Positions 54,615 to 64,000 of a DNA stretch of 64,000 bases are shown here, in pieces. The position numbers were made by a program, and so were the translations under genes. Numbering within the stretch: the first letter of the stretch is position 1; each line of letters starts with the position of its first letter. Source of the DNA: Candidatus Bathyarchaeia archaeon (GTDB taxonomy: Archaea; Thermoproteota; Bathyarchaeia; Bathyarchaeales; Bathycorpusculaceae); assembly GCA_038727135.1 (NCBI GenBank), contig JAVYWL010000002.1:7186-71185 (forward strand), given 5' to 3'. The notes below the pieces were generated by a model that worked only from the letters and a program-made list of their open reading frames with translations, was not told where the DNA came from and did no database searches.

Positions 54615-55805
54615 TTAGGTGCCTCCTTCTAAAATTTTCTTGGCTAATGCTTTCCCAAGCTCCACTATGCGCTTCATGCTCTCGTCTGTTGGCGGTCCAT
54701 TAATTTCTAGCGCACCGATAACCTCGATTTTAAAGTCGCCAAGTATTTCTTGAATTTGTCGTATTGCGCCTCCACCCCAACCATAAGAGCTTAAGACAAC
54801 AGCGAATTTTGTTGGTGGACGCAAAGCCTTGAAAAGGTATGTGGCATAAACAGCCAATGGATGGGCTCCGCCCAAAACTGTTGGTGCACCAAGCACTATG
54901 GCTCTTGAATCCACAAGGTCTTTGGCTAAATCGCCAACATCAGTCACTGCTAAGTTGTGGAAGGCTAATTCGATGCCTTCCGATGCTAGTGTTTCAGCCA
55001 TCTGCTTAACCATGGCATCTGTGCTGCTCCACATACTTACATAGGCTATTGTCGCCTTCGCTCGCGTTTCGCCAACCGCCCAACGCCTATAAGCGTTTAA
55101 AATAAGCTCTGGCTTTCTATGGATGGGACCATGGCTAGGCGCTATCATTCTAATTTTTAGGTTGGCGATTTTTTCTAGGGCTTTCTGTGCCATAGCCCTG
55201 AAAGGCATCATTATCTCGCCCCAATAACGCTGGGCGTGGACAAGCAAGTCCTCAATTTCGTCACTGTAGACGCCTCCAGCCATGTGGGCGCCGAAAAAGT
55301 CACATGGGAAAAGTATTCCATCTTCTTCCAAGTATGTGAACGTTGTTTCTGGCCAATGGAGCATAGGCGCCTCAATAAAGCGCAGGTTTTTGTCGCCTAG
55401 ACTTATGGCCTCATTGTCAGCTACAACCTTAATTCGCTCTTGTGGAACGTGATAATAAACTTGAGCCATTTTTGCGCCTCTGCCAGTAGCCACTAGTTTA
55501 GCTTTCGATGCGATTTTCATTATGTGGGGTATGGCGCCAGCGTGGTCTGGCTCCGCATGATTCATGACAACGTAATCAATTTCTTCTGGTTTTGCCATGT
55601 TGCGGATTTTATCTTCCAAATCTTTTTCGAAGCCCGGATTTACAGTGTCTATTAAGGCTTTCCCATCGCTGCCAATGATGAGGTAAGCGTTATAGGATGT
55701 GCCTTTTGGAAGCGGGATTAGGGCGTCGAAAATTCTGCGGTTCCAATCTCTTACGCCTACCCAGTAAACGTTTTCCGCTATTTTCAGAACGTTTCTTTCA
55801 GTCAC
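54615..55805 (-). CDS. fprA: Flavodiiron protein (FprA; MBL-like diiron domain + flavodoxin domain)
   Basis: NHAEPDHAGA diiron motif and a C-terminal flavodoxin-like domain (IAYVSMWSSTD). GTG start. Confidence 0.85.
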   Translation of the reverse strand: MTERNVLKIAENVYWVGVRDWNRRIFDALIPLPKGTSYNAYLIIGSDGKALIDTVNPGFEKDLEDKIRNMAKPEEIDYVVMNHAEPDHAGAIPHIMKIASKAKLVATGRGAKMAQVYYHVPQERIKVVADNEAISLGDKNLRFIEAPMLHWPETTFTYLEEDGILFPCDFFGAHMAGGVYSDEIEDLLVHAQRYWGEIMMPFRAMAQKALEKIANLKIRMIAPSHGPIHRKPELILNAYRRWAVGETRAKATIAYVSMWSSTDAMVKQMAETLASEGIELAFHNLAVTDVGDLAKDLVDSRAIVLGAPTVLGGAHPLAVYATYLFKALRPPTKFAVVLSSYGWGGGAIRQIQEILGDFKIEVIGALEINGPPTDESMKRIVELGKALAKKILEGGT

Positions 55806-55815
55806 ACGCGTTCAC

Positions 55816-55837
55816 CTTTATTACAATTGTAATAAAG
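55816..55837. promoter_or_regulatory. Perfect 22-bp palindrome CTTTATTACAATTGTAATAAAG between fprA and the divergent regulator gene
   Basis: The sequence equals its own reverse complement. It lies 11 nt from the fprA GTG and next to the AT-rich TATATTTAT element. Confidence 0.55.
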
Positions 55838-55881
55838 TATATTTATGCCTTTCCCCACAATATAACAAGGAGGAATGAAAA

Positions 55882-56289
55882 ATGCTACTGCCATGCGAGG
55901 TCGCCGTGAAAAGCCTACTCCCACCAGTAAGGGCAGCACTAGCCAAACAACTAATGACAAAACACAACCTAAAACAGATGGAGACAGCAAAACTGCTGGG
56001 CGTAAGCCAACCTGCCATAAGCCTTTACAACAAGAAAATGCGGGGAAAAGCCCTAGACCTGGAAAAAGACAAAGAAATTAAAAGGCTAATTGATGAGTTG
56101 GCGGATTCCCTGGCAAAGGAGGGCTTATCTCACAAGGATTTTACACTAAAGTTTTGTGAAATCTGCAAAGTCGCTCGTGCAAAAGGTTTGTTGTGCAATA
56201 TGCATAAGGCTTTAGATCCAACATTTGAAACTGAAAAATGTGGATTATGCATGTCTACAGAACTAAAATGTCTAACTCAAAACCCTTAA
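55882..56289 (+). CDS. HTH transcriptional regulator with Cys-rich C-terminus
   Basis: HTH QMETAKLLGVSQPAISLY. C-terminal CEIC...C...CGLC. ATG 7 nt after AAGGAGGA. Confidence 0.6.
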   Translation: MLLPCEVAVKSLLPPVRAALAKQLMTKHNLKQMETAKLLGVSQPAISLYNKKMRGKALDLEKDKEIKRLIDELADSLAKEGLSHKDFTLKFCEICKVARAKGLLCNMHKALDPTFETEKCGLCMSTELKCLTQNP

Positions 56290-56306
56290 ATACTAAAGGG
56301 CATAAA

Positions 56307-56534
56307 ATGCAGACAAGTCATGGAAATGACAGTAAAAGAAGCGCTCAAGAATTTTTCAAGCTTTACTTAACTGCTTTAGCCACTACCTTGATACTCTTAA
56401 CCTCCGGAGCGCTGATCTACACCACCATAATGAATAAACCCTTCCTGGAAACTATTCGTGGAGCCTTGATTATCGGGGCGCTTGTTCTGCTCGGCATGGG
56501 CTTTGTGAGTTTGCTTCCATTTTTCGGAATATAG
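56307..56534 (+). CDS. Small membrane protein (possibly the 5' part of a disrupted gene)
   Basis: 75 aa with two hydrophobic helices. Further TM-like coding continues in other frames up to ~56683. Confidence 0.3.
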   Translation: MQTSHGNDSKRSAQEFFKLYLTALATTLILLTSGALIYTTIMNKPFLETIRGALIIGALVLLGMGFVSLLPFFGI

Positions 56535-56687
56535 GTACATAAGAGGAGGCGCTTTAAACCCTGTCATCGCTAGGGAAGGAATGAGGCATATAAGGCTGGA
56601 AGAGACCCCAAAAGGATGGGAATAATACTGGGATTTGTTGGCTTCACCCTTCTCCTAATATACTTCATCGTCTTTCAGTAAAATCGC

Positions 56688-57566
56688 TTATTCTGCTAGG
56701 AACTTTATTATTTTCTCGTAGACATCCTTGTCCCTTAAGTCTTCATGCCCCTTGTATATGCTTGGGTTGTCATTAACCTCAACAACTACATAGTCGCCGT
56801 TAACCTCCTTGATGTCGACGCCGTAAAGCCCCTTCCCAATGACACTGCAGGTTTTTAGGGCTATTTCCTTGAGTTTTTGAGGCGCATTGTCACGTTTCAG
56901 AGTAACTGTTCTGCCCCATATGAAGCTTGGTTTTCCACGGCGCTTTACGCCGTGTTTCCACTTGCCCTTCGGCATCATGTACTTGCAAACATATAGAACT
57001 TCGCCGTTTAGGACGCCCACACGCCAGTCAAAGCGGGAAGGCATAAACTTCTGCACAACAATGTAGTCTGACCGCCTAAAGAATCGTTTGGCAACTTCTC
57101 GAAAGCTTGTTTCGCATGAAACCTTCTCCACATATTTAGAGAAGCTGGTGTAAGGCGCCTTAATAACCACTGGTTTTCCAAAAAGCTCGAAGATTTCCTC
57201 TATCTGCCTATGATGAAACTCATCCTTGTTCAAAAAAAATGTTGGAATGCGCGGCACATTATACTTTTCAAAGAGCCGGTACTGGTGGATTTTGTTGGCG
57301 CAAATCCTAATCGAAATTGGGTCGTCAACAACTTTTAAGCCAAGCTCCCAAGCAGTTTTTGAAACTACATAGGCTGTGTAAAGCGGGTCGGTGGTCGCCC
57401 TAATGAAAACTGCGTCATACTTTGGGATTTCAGAAAGTCCGCTTCTAAATAAGAAGTTGAACGAATGCCCCATCTGCTCAGCTGTTTGCTTAAAGGTTTG
57501 GAGAGCCTCAGCTTCGTCAGAATATGTGAAATTGTATTTTTCAACAAAACATGCTATCCGCGTCAA
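56688..57566 (-). CDS. RimK-type ATP-grasp ligase
   Basis: 292 aa. The ATP-grasp core pattern (VVIKAPYTSFSKYV, GVDIKEVNGDYVVVEVNDNP) resembles RimK family members. Confidence 0.75.
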   Translation of the reverse strand: MTRIACFVEKYNFTYSDEAEALQTFKQTAEQMGHSFNFLFRSGLSEIPKYDAVFIRATTDPLYTAYVVSKTAWELGLKVVDDPISIRICANKIHQYRLFEKYNVPRIPTFFLNKDEFHHRQIEEIFELFGKPVVIKAPYTSFSKYVEKVSCETSFREVAKRFFRRSDYIVVQKFMPSRFDWRVGVLNGEVLYVCKYMMPKGKWKHGVKRRGKPSFIWGRTVTLKRDNAPQKLKEIALKTCSVIGKGLYGVDIKEVNGDYVVVEVNDNPSIYKGHEDLRDKDVYEKIIKFLAE

Positions 57567-58294
57567 TCAAACCATCCTTTCCCGGAAACCCGGGAAACAA
57601 TTTGAGAAATCATATCAACGTCAGGAGGCGTAATTTCCTCCATCTTTAAGGGTTGAAGCCCACAAAGGTAGGTTTTCCCATTGAAACGTTGAATATGCAA
57701 TTTGCATACTGGAATTTTGAAGGTTTCATAGACTTTTTTGGCTATTTCCCGTGTGTTGCTGTCTTCATGGACGCATTCGCCGAAGAAGGATTTAACGGAA
57801 ACTATTTCGCCACGTAGTGGTTGGGCGCAAACGGCATAACGGTAGTTCATGCTTAGGCTTTTGACAGCCTTGTATAGGGCAGTTCTATTTCTTGCTGTTT
57901 GGAAACCGTTAAACGAAAAGGGATTAACTGCGAAGACAACAACTGGGAAGCTGAATTCAGCCATTATCTGCTTAACAGAGTCCGTAACAAGATATGGCGT
58001 TACTGGCGTCCCATTTTTTGAAGCTCTAACCAGTAGAACCGGCAGCCTGTAAGCATCTATGGCGTTTTCCGTTGTTGGGACAACATCGTTTCCAAGAATT
58101 TCAGCGTGAAGCGAAACATAATAGCCTGTTTTCATGTATCTGTAGTCGTTGTTTATGTTGAGAATGAAGTCCCTAACAGAAGACTTGAGGAAGGCTGATG
58201 GTTTTATTATGGACGCGTTTGTTCTTAGGTCGATGTTTGAGACGACCAGCACGCAAGAGGCACCAGACAACAGAAAACAGCTAACACCATCCAA
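57563..58294 (-). CDS. RLAN-like protein (RimK-like ATP-grasp N-terminal domain)
   Basis: YRYMKTGYYVSLHAEILGNDVVP matches the conserved Y..GYY.SL.AE..G..V.P core I recall for RLAN. 4-nt overlap with the ATP-grasp gene. TTG start. Confidence 0.55.
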   Translation of the reverse strand: MDGVSCFLLSGASCVLVVSNIDLRTNASIIKPSAFLKSSVRDFILNINNDYRYMKTGYYVSLHAEILGNDVVPTTENAIDAYRLPVLLVRASKNGTPVTPYLVTDSVKQIMAEFSFPVVVFAVNPFSFNGFQTARNRTALYKAVKSLSMNYRYAVCAQPLRGEIVSVKSFFGECVHEDSNTREIAKKVYETFKIPVCKLHIQRFNGKTYLCGLQPLKMEEITPPDVDMISQIVSRVSGKGWFD

Positions 58295-58366
58295 ATATTT
58301 AAAACTAACTATGCAACTATGCCAATCAACTCTATTCCTAGCGGGGAAATGCTATAAGCTTATATT

Positions 58367-59599
58367 TTGGCTGGCTGCACAATTCTCTCTGTTAAAGAGG
58401 CAGTCTGTACGTACAGAACCTTAGAGGTTCTCGGACCAGAACATGAGTTCTCGCTCGTAGATGAAAATTTGAGGGCTTTGCCAATGGTTGACAAAGTCAT
58501 AAAGGATGTTTATGGGCGAGTTGTAAACTTTGTGGAGTTTGGCAACTTCACCTTTGGAAAAGAATTGCAACTTCACGTTGTTGAGGTTAAGCCTAACAAA
58601 CCTTTCAAGTCACCAAAAACCTTTGAAGAGAACATGCATGAGGCTGTTTTAAGGCTCAGCGAAATGCTTGAACATCGTTATGGAGCGAGGCTTTTGGGAA
58701 CTGGGATGCATCCGACATTGAGGCTTGAGGAAACAGCCGTTTGGCCGCATCGCCACAAGCAGATTTACGAGGCTTTCAGCCGAATCTTCAACCTTAAACA
58801 GCATGGATGGCTTAACATACAAAGCTTTCAACTTAACATTCCATATGCCGATGAAGCCAAAGCCGTTCAAATGCATAACCTGCTTGCCAACGTCTGCGCC
58901 TATCTTCCAGCTGTTTCGGCTTCCTCCCCCATCTTTGAGGGGCAATTAGGCGATTACGTGGATAATAGGCTTCTCTTTTACATGGAAAACCAGAAGGAAA
59001 TTCCATCAGTAACTGGAAAAGTCGTTCCCGAATATGTTCAGTCCTTTAGGCAGTATAGGCAGGAAGTTATTGGGCGTTATTCGGCTGATTTAGCCAAGGT
59101 TGGAGCCCACAGTTGCATCCTCAACAAGGAATGGGTTAACTCGAGGGGCATAATCTTCCGCTTTGAAAGGAAAGCCCTAGAAATAAGGGTCATGGACGAA
59201 CAGGAATGCATAAAATCCGACGTGGCTCTAAGCTGTTTTATAAGGGCGCTGCTTAGAGGCTTGATGAAAACGGATGAGCCTTTAATGCCGACGGAAGTTT
59301 TGGCTGAAGACTTCAAGTCCGTCATAAAATATGGCTTAGAGGCGAAAGTGCTCCATTCCAATGGGCCAACAGCTAGGCATGTGTGCAGACACTTTTTAAA
59401 AGTCGCTTGGGAAAACGCCACATCCGAAGAGAAGGAATATCTCCCCTTAATAGAGAAGCGTGTTGAACACGGCAACCTTTCAGATGTCATCAGAGAGAAA
59501 GTCAAAGTTAGGGCGCAGAAGACGAATATGCATGAGGCAATTATAGACGTTTACTCGAAACTTTTAAACAGCCTAGAGGCTAATGAACCCATATTTTGA
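58367..59599 (+). CDS. GCS2-family carboxylate-amine ligase (glutamate-cysteine ligase family 2 / YbdK-like)
   Basis: GPEHEFSLVD, LGTGMHP and a glutamine-synthetase-like fold pattern. The start (TTG) is uncertain. Confidence 0.7.
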   Translation: MAGCTILSVKEAVCTYRTLEVLGPEHEFSLVDENLRALPMVDKVIKDVYGRVVNFVEFGNFTFGKELQLHVVEVKPNKPFKSPKTFEENMHEAVLRLSEMLEHRYGARLLGTGMHPTLRLEETAVWPHRHKQIYEAFSRIFNLKQHGWLNIQSFQLNIPYADEAKAVQMHNLLANVCAYLPAVSASSPIFEGQLGDYVDNRLLFYMENQKEIPSVTGKVVPEYVQSFRQYRQEVIGRYSADLAKVGAHSCILNKEWVNSRGIIFRFERKALEIRVMDEQECIKSDVALSCFIRALLRGLMKTDEPLMPTEVLAEDFKSVIKYGLEAKVLHSNGPTARHVCRHFLKVAWENATSEEKEYLPLIEKRVEHGNLSDVIREKVKVRAQKTNMHEAIIDVYSKLLNSLEANEPIF

Positions 59600-59605
59600 T
59601 AGAGG

Positions 59606-60154
59606 TTGGAAGCGCGTATGCAAGCTGAAGGCGAACGCCAGAAAAACTTCTTTAACATTTGCGGCACTTGCAAGATTAACTGTTGCTGGGATGCTAGACC
59701 GCCAATAACCGAAAAGCGTGAAAAAATTATTCTAGAATACTTGAAGGCGCATGGCATCCACGTTGAGAATCCTTTCGTGCATGCTGAATATACTTTTCCA
59801 AGGGAAGACGAAGGCGGATACTGCATATTTTATGATAGGACGACGAGAAAATGTGTTGTGCATCCAGCAAAGCCAGAAACATGCGTCGCTGGTCCCATAA
59901 CCTTCGACATAAACAAGGCGACTGGTAAAATTGAGTGGTACTTGAAGATGGAGAAAATTTGTCCCCTCGCTGGAGTAATTTACGAGGATAAAGCCCTCTT
60001 TAAGAAGCATTTTGAAGCCGCTAGAAGGGAAATTCTGCAGCTTGTAAGAGAACTGACGCCAAAGGCTTTGAAGATCATATTGAAGCGAGAAGAACCAGAC
60101 ACATTCAAGATAGGGGAGGAAGAAATAGAAGGGGAAATTTTGGATAAACTATAG
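59606..60154 (+). CDS. YkgJ-family CxxCxxCC cysteine-cluster protein
   Basis: CGTCKINCC near the N-terminus plus a later C..C.. pattern. 6 nt after the GCS2 stop. Confidence 0.65.
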   Translation: MEARMQAEGERQKNFFNICGTCKINCCWDARPPITEKREKIILEYLKAHGIHVENPFVHAEYTFPREDEGGYCIFYDRTTRKCVVHPAKPETCVAGPITFDINKATGKIEWYLKMEKICPLAGVIYEDKALFKKHFEAARREILQLVRELTPKALKIILKREEPDTFKIGEEEIEGEILDKL

Positions 60155-60191
60155 GATAACATGTCGCAGGAGAATGTTAATTTTCAGCGTT

Positions 60192-62903
60192 TTAAGTTCT
60201 AGTGATCTTCCGCATAAAAATTTCTGGCATAACAAGAAAGCCCAAGCATGAAAGGGACGCAACAATTACCCATTCAGCTATGTCTAATTGTGCTGTATGA
60301 AAAAGAAGGCTTAATGCGGGAACATAAACAACAGCCAAAGTTGAAACTACAGATATAAGCACACCTGCAAGCAGCCACCTGTTGGTTAAGAAGCCCGCTT
60401 TGAAGGCATTTTTGGTTTCTGATCTGCAGTTCCAAACAACCACCAACTCGTAGAAACATGCCACTAGGAAAGCCATGGTTCTCGCTTTTTCAAGAGAACC
60501 CAAAACAGCGAAGCCCCACCAAAAAGCAGCGATCTCCGCTGCCAGCTGAATCAACGTGGATGCAAGAATGAAAATTAGCATGCCATGCAATAAGCCCTCC
60601 TTTGGGCTGCGGGGAGGTTTTTCCATAACATCCTCGGCTGGCGGATCTTTGCCTAAGGCTATTGCGGGCGGTCCGTCGGTGACAAGATTTAACCACAAGA
60701 TCATTGTTGGCAGAAGGGGTATGGGCAAACCAGCTAAGGCAAAGGACCCTACAAGGATCAGTTCAGTAAAGTTGAGGGCGAGGAGAAACCTTATGAACTT
60801 TCTAATGTTGTTGTAAATTATTCGACCTCCTTCAACAGCTTTGACTATTGTGGCGAAGTTATCGTCTGCCAGAACCATGTCTGAAGCCTCCTTAGCCACG
60901 TCTGTTCCGGTTATGCCCATGGCTACGCCAATATCCGCTTGCTTTAGTGCTGGTGCATCGTTGACACCGTCCCCTGTCATTGCCACAATGTGCCCCTTCC
61001 TTTTCAAAATCTTAACTATGCGAAGCTTGTGTTCAGGGGAGACTCTTGCGTAAACTGTTACTTTTTCAACAATTTCCTCAAACTTCTCGTCGCTTAGCTG
61101 GTCTAGTTCAGCGCCTGTTAAGACTAAGTCGCCCTCATTGTATATGCCGACTTCCTTCGCCACGGCGATGGCTGTGAGTTTGTGGTCTCCCGTTATCATC
61201 ACAGCTTTTATTCCAGCTTTTTGGCATAGTTTAACGGCTTCCTTGGCTTCCTCTCTTGGCGGGTCAATCATCCCAACAAGTCCGACAAAAACCATGTCAT
61301 GTTCGATGCTTTCTTCATTGTATTCGTTATCTAGGCTTGGTAGAACCTTGTAGGCTAAGCCTAACACACGAAGCGCTTGACTTGCCATTTCCTCGTTTTT
61401 TCTTAGAATTAGTTCTCTTCCCGCCTTGCTAAGTTTCGTTTCTTTCCCATCCATGTATATGTAACTGCAAAGTTGCAAGACGACTTCTGGAGAGCCTTTA
61501 GTAAAGGCAAGATAACGCCCATCATCAGTCTTATGCAGTGTTGTCATACGTTTCCTTTCAGAACTAAATGGGATTTCGCTCACTCTCGGATACTCTTTTT
61601 CCACATAGCTCTTCCATATTCCTGCCTTTGCCGCCGCAACAATGAGTGCTCCCTCGGTAGGGTCTCCGAGAATTGTTTGCCCATCATAGGAGGCGTTATT
61701 ACATAATGCTCCAATTTTAAGGAGCAACGCTATCCCGGGTTCAAGAATAGGGTTTATTTGTGTACCATCCTTTTGGAACTCGCCGATTGCTGAGTAGCCA
61801 GAACCCGTAACATCAATCATCTTGTTGTTGACGAAGATTTTGCGTACCGTCATTTCACCCTTTGTCAACGTGCCAGTTTTATCTGAGCATATGACTGTTG
61901 TGGAGCCCAAAGTTTCCACAGAGGCGAGTCTCCGAATTACCGCGTTGCGTTTAGCAAGCTCTCTGGCACCAAGAGCAAGGGTCACAGTAACAATGGCTGG
62001 TAAGCCTTCGGGAACGGCAGACACAGCTAAAGCCACAGAGGTCATAAATATCTCGATGCCGATTACGGCGTTCCTCAGAAACGCAAGCGCCAGAATTAAC
62101 GCCGCAGCAACAACCACCAAACCGATTTTCTTGGCGAACTTATCAAGTTTAGTTTTTAAGGGGATTTCCTCTTTTTCAACTGCTTGAACCATTTCTGCTA
62201 TTTTGCCAAACTCTGTGCTCATCCCGGTGGCTACAACTACGGCCTTTCCTCTTCCATAAACCACATGGGTTGCAGCGAAAACCATGTTTCGCCTTTCAGA
62301 TACCACCGTGTTTTCAGGCAAAACCATCGTGCTCTTGTTTACCGGAACAGATTCCCCCGTTAAAACAGCCTCGTTGACCCTAAGTTCAAAAGCTTCGATA
62401 ACTCTGCCATCAGCAGACACACGATCCCCAGCTTCGAGGACCAGAATGTCTCCGGGAACAACTTCCCTTGCTGGAATTGAAACTTCTTTGCCATCCCGCA
62501 GCACCCTCGCTTTGGGAGCTGCCAATTTCTCCATGGCTTCTATTGCCTTTTCCGACCTATACTCTTGTATAAAGCCAACAACAGCGTTGAGAATAACAAT
62601 GGCGCCAATCACGATCGCGTCAGCATATGTTTCTATTGCCGCGTGAGGTTTAGCTGCGGTTTCAGCTTCAAACCAGCCAATTACGACTGAAATAACAATG
62701 GCCGCCAACAAAATCAGTGTGAAAACATTTTTGAACTGAAGTAGGAAAATCTTGAACAGGGAAATTCTTTTTCGCCTTTCAAACTCGTTATAACCGAACT
62801 TACGTAGCCTAAGCGCAGCTTCTTCAGTGCTCAAGCCCTTCCGGTCGGAATTTAAAGCATGCAGAACATCCTCTACATCCATTGCATGCCATCGATGAGC
62901 CAA
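60192..62903 (-). CDS. P-type cation-transporting ATPase (P2-type, Ca2+-ATPase-like)
   Basis: TGES, VPEGLPA (TM4), [18 protein letters not shown]. 903 aa. TTG start preserves the conserved N-terminal WH...VEDVL. Confidence 0.9.
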   Translation of the reverse strand: MAHRWHAMDVEDVLHALNSDRKGLSTEEAALRLRKFGYNEFERRKRISLFKIFLLQFKNVFTLILLAAIVISVVIGWFEAETAAKPHAAIETYADAIVIGAIVILNAVVGFIQEYRSEKAIEAMEKLAAPKARVLRDGKEVSIPAREVVPGDILVLEAGDRVSADGRVIEAFELRVNEAVLTGESVPVNKSTMVLPENTVVSERRNMVFAATHVVYGRGKAVVVATGMSTEFGKIAEMVQAVEKEEIPLKTKLDKFAKKIGLVVVAAALILALAFLRNAVIGIEIFMTSVALAVSAVPEGLPAIVTVTLALGARELAKRNAVIRRLASVETLGSTTVICSDKTGTLTKGEMTVRKIFVNNKMIDVTGSGYSAIGEFQKDGTQINPILEPGIALLLKIGALCNNASYDGQTILGDPTEGALIVAAAKAGIWKSYVEKEYPRVSEIPFSSERKRMTTLHKTDDGRYLAFTKGSPEVVLQLCSYIYMDGKETKLSKAGRELILRKNEEMASQALRVLGLAYKVLPSLDNEYNEESIEHDMVFVGLVGMIDPPREEAKEAVKLCQKAGIKAVMITGDHKLTAIAVAKEVGIYNEGDLVLTGAELDQLSDEKFEEIVEKVTVYARVSPEHKLRIVKILKRKGHIVAMTGDGVNDAPALKQADIGVAMGITGTDVAKEASDMVLADDNFATIVKAVEGGRIIYNNIRKFIRFLLALNFTELILVGSFALAGLPIPLLPTMILWLNLVTDGPPAIALGKDPPAEDVMEKPPRSPKEGLLHGMLIFILASTLIQLAAEIAAFWWGFAVLGSLEKARTMAFLVACFYELVVVWNCRSETKNAFKAGFLTNRWLLAGVLISVVSTLAVVYVPALSLLFHTAQLDIAEWVIVASLSCLGFLVMPEIFMRKITRT

Positions 62904-63146
62904 GCTTCTTCCCTACCGGCTATGCTACCATCAATTATAACTGGTCTTCTAAACAAACGTGGAGGATAATTTTGAGAATCTAACATATAATCCTTTTAGT
63001 CATCAATTTGGATACTTTTTCGCAAAAATCTAGAGGGGGCTATCCAATTTACGGCTGCTACAACTCATAAATTTGATGTTGCGTGTTGCAAAATGCTTTT
63101 ACCTTTGGTTTTCCGCTATTCCTATAGCATCGAGGTTTAAACCGCT

Positions 63147-64000
63147 TTGAAAGAGCAGCCCAAAAATGCTTTTGACCTTCTAGTTAAGCCTGTTCGCCGC
63201 TTGATTGAGCAGAGGGGATTCTCTAAACCAACAGAGCCTCAAGAAAAGACTATTCCGCTCATCCTTGAAGGGAAAAATGTTCTGCTTATTTCGCCAACAG
63301 CGACCGGCAAGACTGAAGCCGCCTTCTTACCCGTTTTGAGCATGCTATTGCAGGAGCCACACACTCCAGGCATAAAAGTGCTTTACATCACGCCTCTGAG
63401 GGCTTTAAACCGGGACATGTTGGAACGCCTTGAATGGTGGTGTAACAATCTAGACATTAAGCTGGCTGTTAGGCACGGCGACACAGAAACCCGCGAACGG
63501 ACAAGGCAAGCGCGGAGTCCACCGGACGTTTTGATAACAACGCCTGAAACTCTGCAGGCTATTTTGGTTGGCTGGATTATGAGGCAACACTTGCAGCAAG
63601 TCCGCTGGGTCATAATTGATGAAGTTCATGAGATGGCTGACAGCAAACGTGGAAGCCAGCTTGCCCTAAGCCTTGAAAGGCTCAGAACAATGATTGGGAG
63701 AGACTTCCAAATAATAGGCTTGTCAGCCACCATTGGCAGCCCTGAAAAGGTAGCTCAATTCCTCGTTGGAAACGGCCGTCCAATAGAGATTGTACGAGTT
63801 CCAGTTGCCAGAAAAATGCGTCTCAAAATACTTTTCCCAAAGCCTAAACCAGAAGACTTTAGACTGGCAGAACAGCTTTACACGCACCCAGAGGTGGCGG
63901 CCAGGCTTAGGGTTATCCGCGATTACATAAGCCGCCATAGATCGGTTCTTCTCTTCACAAATACACGCGCCATATCAGAGGTTTTGGCAAGCCGTTTCAA
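63147..64000 (+). CDS. Lhr-like DEAD/DEAH-box helicase, 5' part (continues beyond the window)
   Basis: Open frame not listed in the ORF track because there is no stop before the window end. Motif I SPTATGKTEAA, motif II DEVH, motif III SAT. Probable TTG start. Confidence 0.8.
   Translation, partial: MKEQPKNAFDLLVKPVRRLIEQRGFSKPTEPQEKTIPLILEGKNVLLISPTATGKTEAAFLPVLSMLLQEPHTPGIKVLYITPLRALNRDMLERLEWWCNNLDIKLAVRHGDTETRERTRQARSPPDVLITTPETLQAILVGWIMRQHLQQVRWVIIDEVHEMADSKRGSQLALSLERLRTMIGRDFQIIGLSATIGSPEKVAQFLVGNGRPIEIVRVPVARKMRLKILFPKPKPEDFRLAEQLYTHPEVAARLRVIRDYISRHRSVLLFTNTRAISEVLASRF

Noticed and set aside
1-64000. CRISPR arrays, rRNA genes, transposase/IS elements
   Set aside because: Reading both strands by eye revealed no regularly spaced direct repeats, no rRNA-like segments and no transposase-like ORFs. 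Only the decayed integrase at 2.5-3.2 kb qualifies as a mobile-element trace.

Overview
Archaeal chromosomal window. The markers are TBP, pantoate kinase, archaeal PPAT, RibL, an RbkR-type riboflavin kinase, diphthine synthase, class-III-signal pilins and a tRNA with a bulge-helix-bulge intron. My guess is an uncultured TACK-type archaeon, possibly Bathyarchaeia-like, but I cannot verify taxonomy here. About 75 genes are densely packed, and many are preceded by GGAGG-like ribosome-binding sites. Main blocks: (1) 0-13.7 kb, housekeeping genes plus a decayed integrase and truncated MFS gene with AT-rich orphans. (2) 13.9-21.9 kb, a complete type IV pilus-like locus: two paralogous pilins, FlaI/PilB-type ATPase, FlaJ/TadC-type platform and five pilin-like accessory genes. 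The same 25-nt palindromic motif sits in front of both of its promoters. (3) 22-24.4 kb, flavin cofactor genes, diphthine synthase and tRNA-Lys(CUU) with a non-canonical 28-nt intron. (4) 25.5-49.4 kb, an accessory metabolic region holding four uninterrupted (non-pyrrolysine) MttB-family methyltransferases, two corrinoid proteins and one stand-alone MtrH. It also holds aminotransferases, a BKACE enzyme, an APC permease and a visibly AT-rich PotABCD-type ABC transporter block, and ends at tRNA-His. (5) 50-56 kb, a redox/oxygen-stress block: PDO, LMW-PTP/ArsC, DUF438-hemerythrin-PAS and FprA, the last divergent from a Cys-rich HTH regulator across a perfect 22-bp palindrome. (6) 56.7-60.2 kb, an amidoligase cassette: RimK-type ATP-grasp, RLAN, GCS2 ligase and a CxxCxxCC protein. 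(7) A P2-type cation ATPase and the 5' part of an Lhr-like helicase. I saw no rRNA and no CRISPR array. All calls come from reading motifs by eye; no searches or computations were run.
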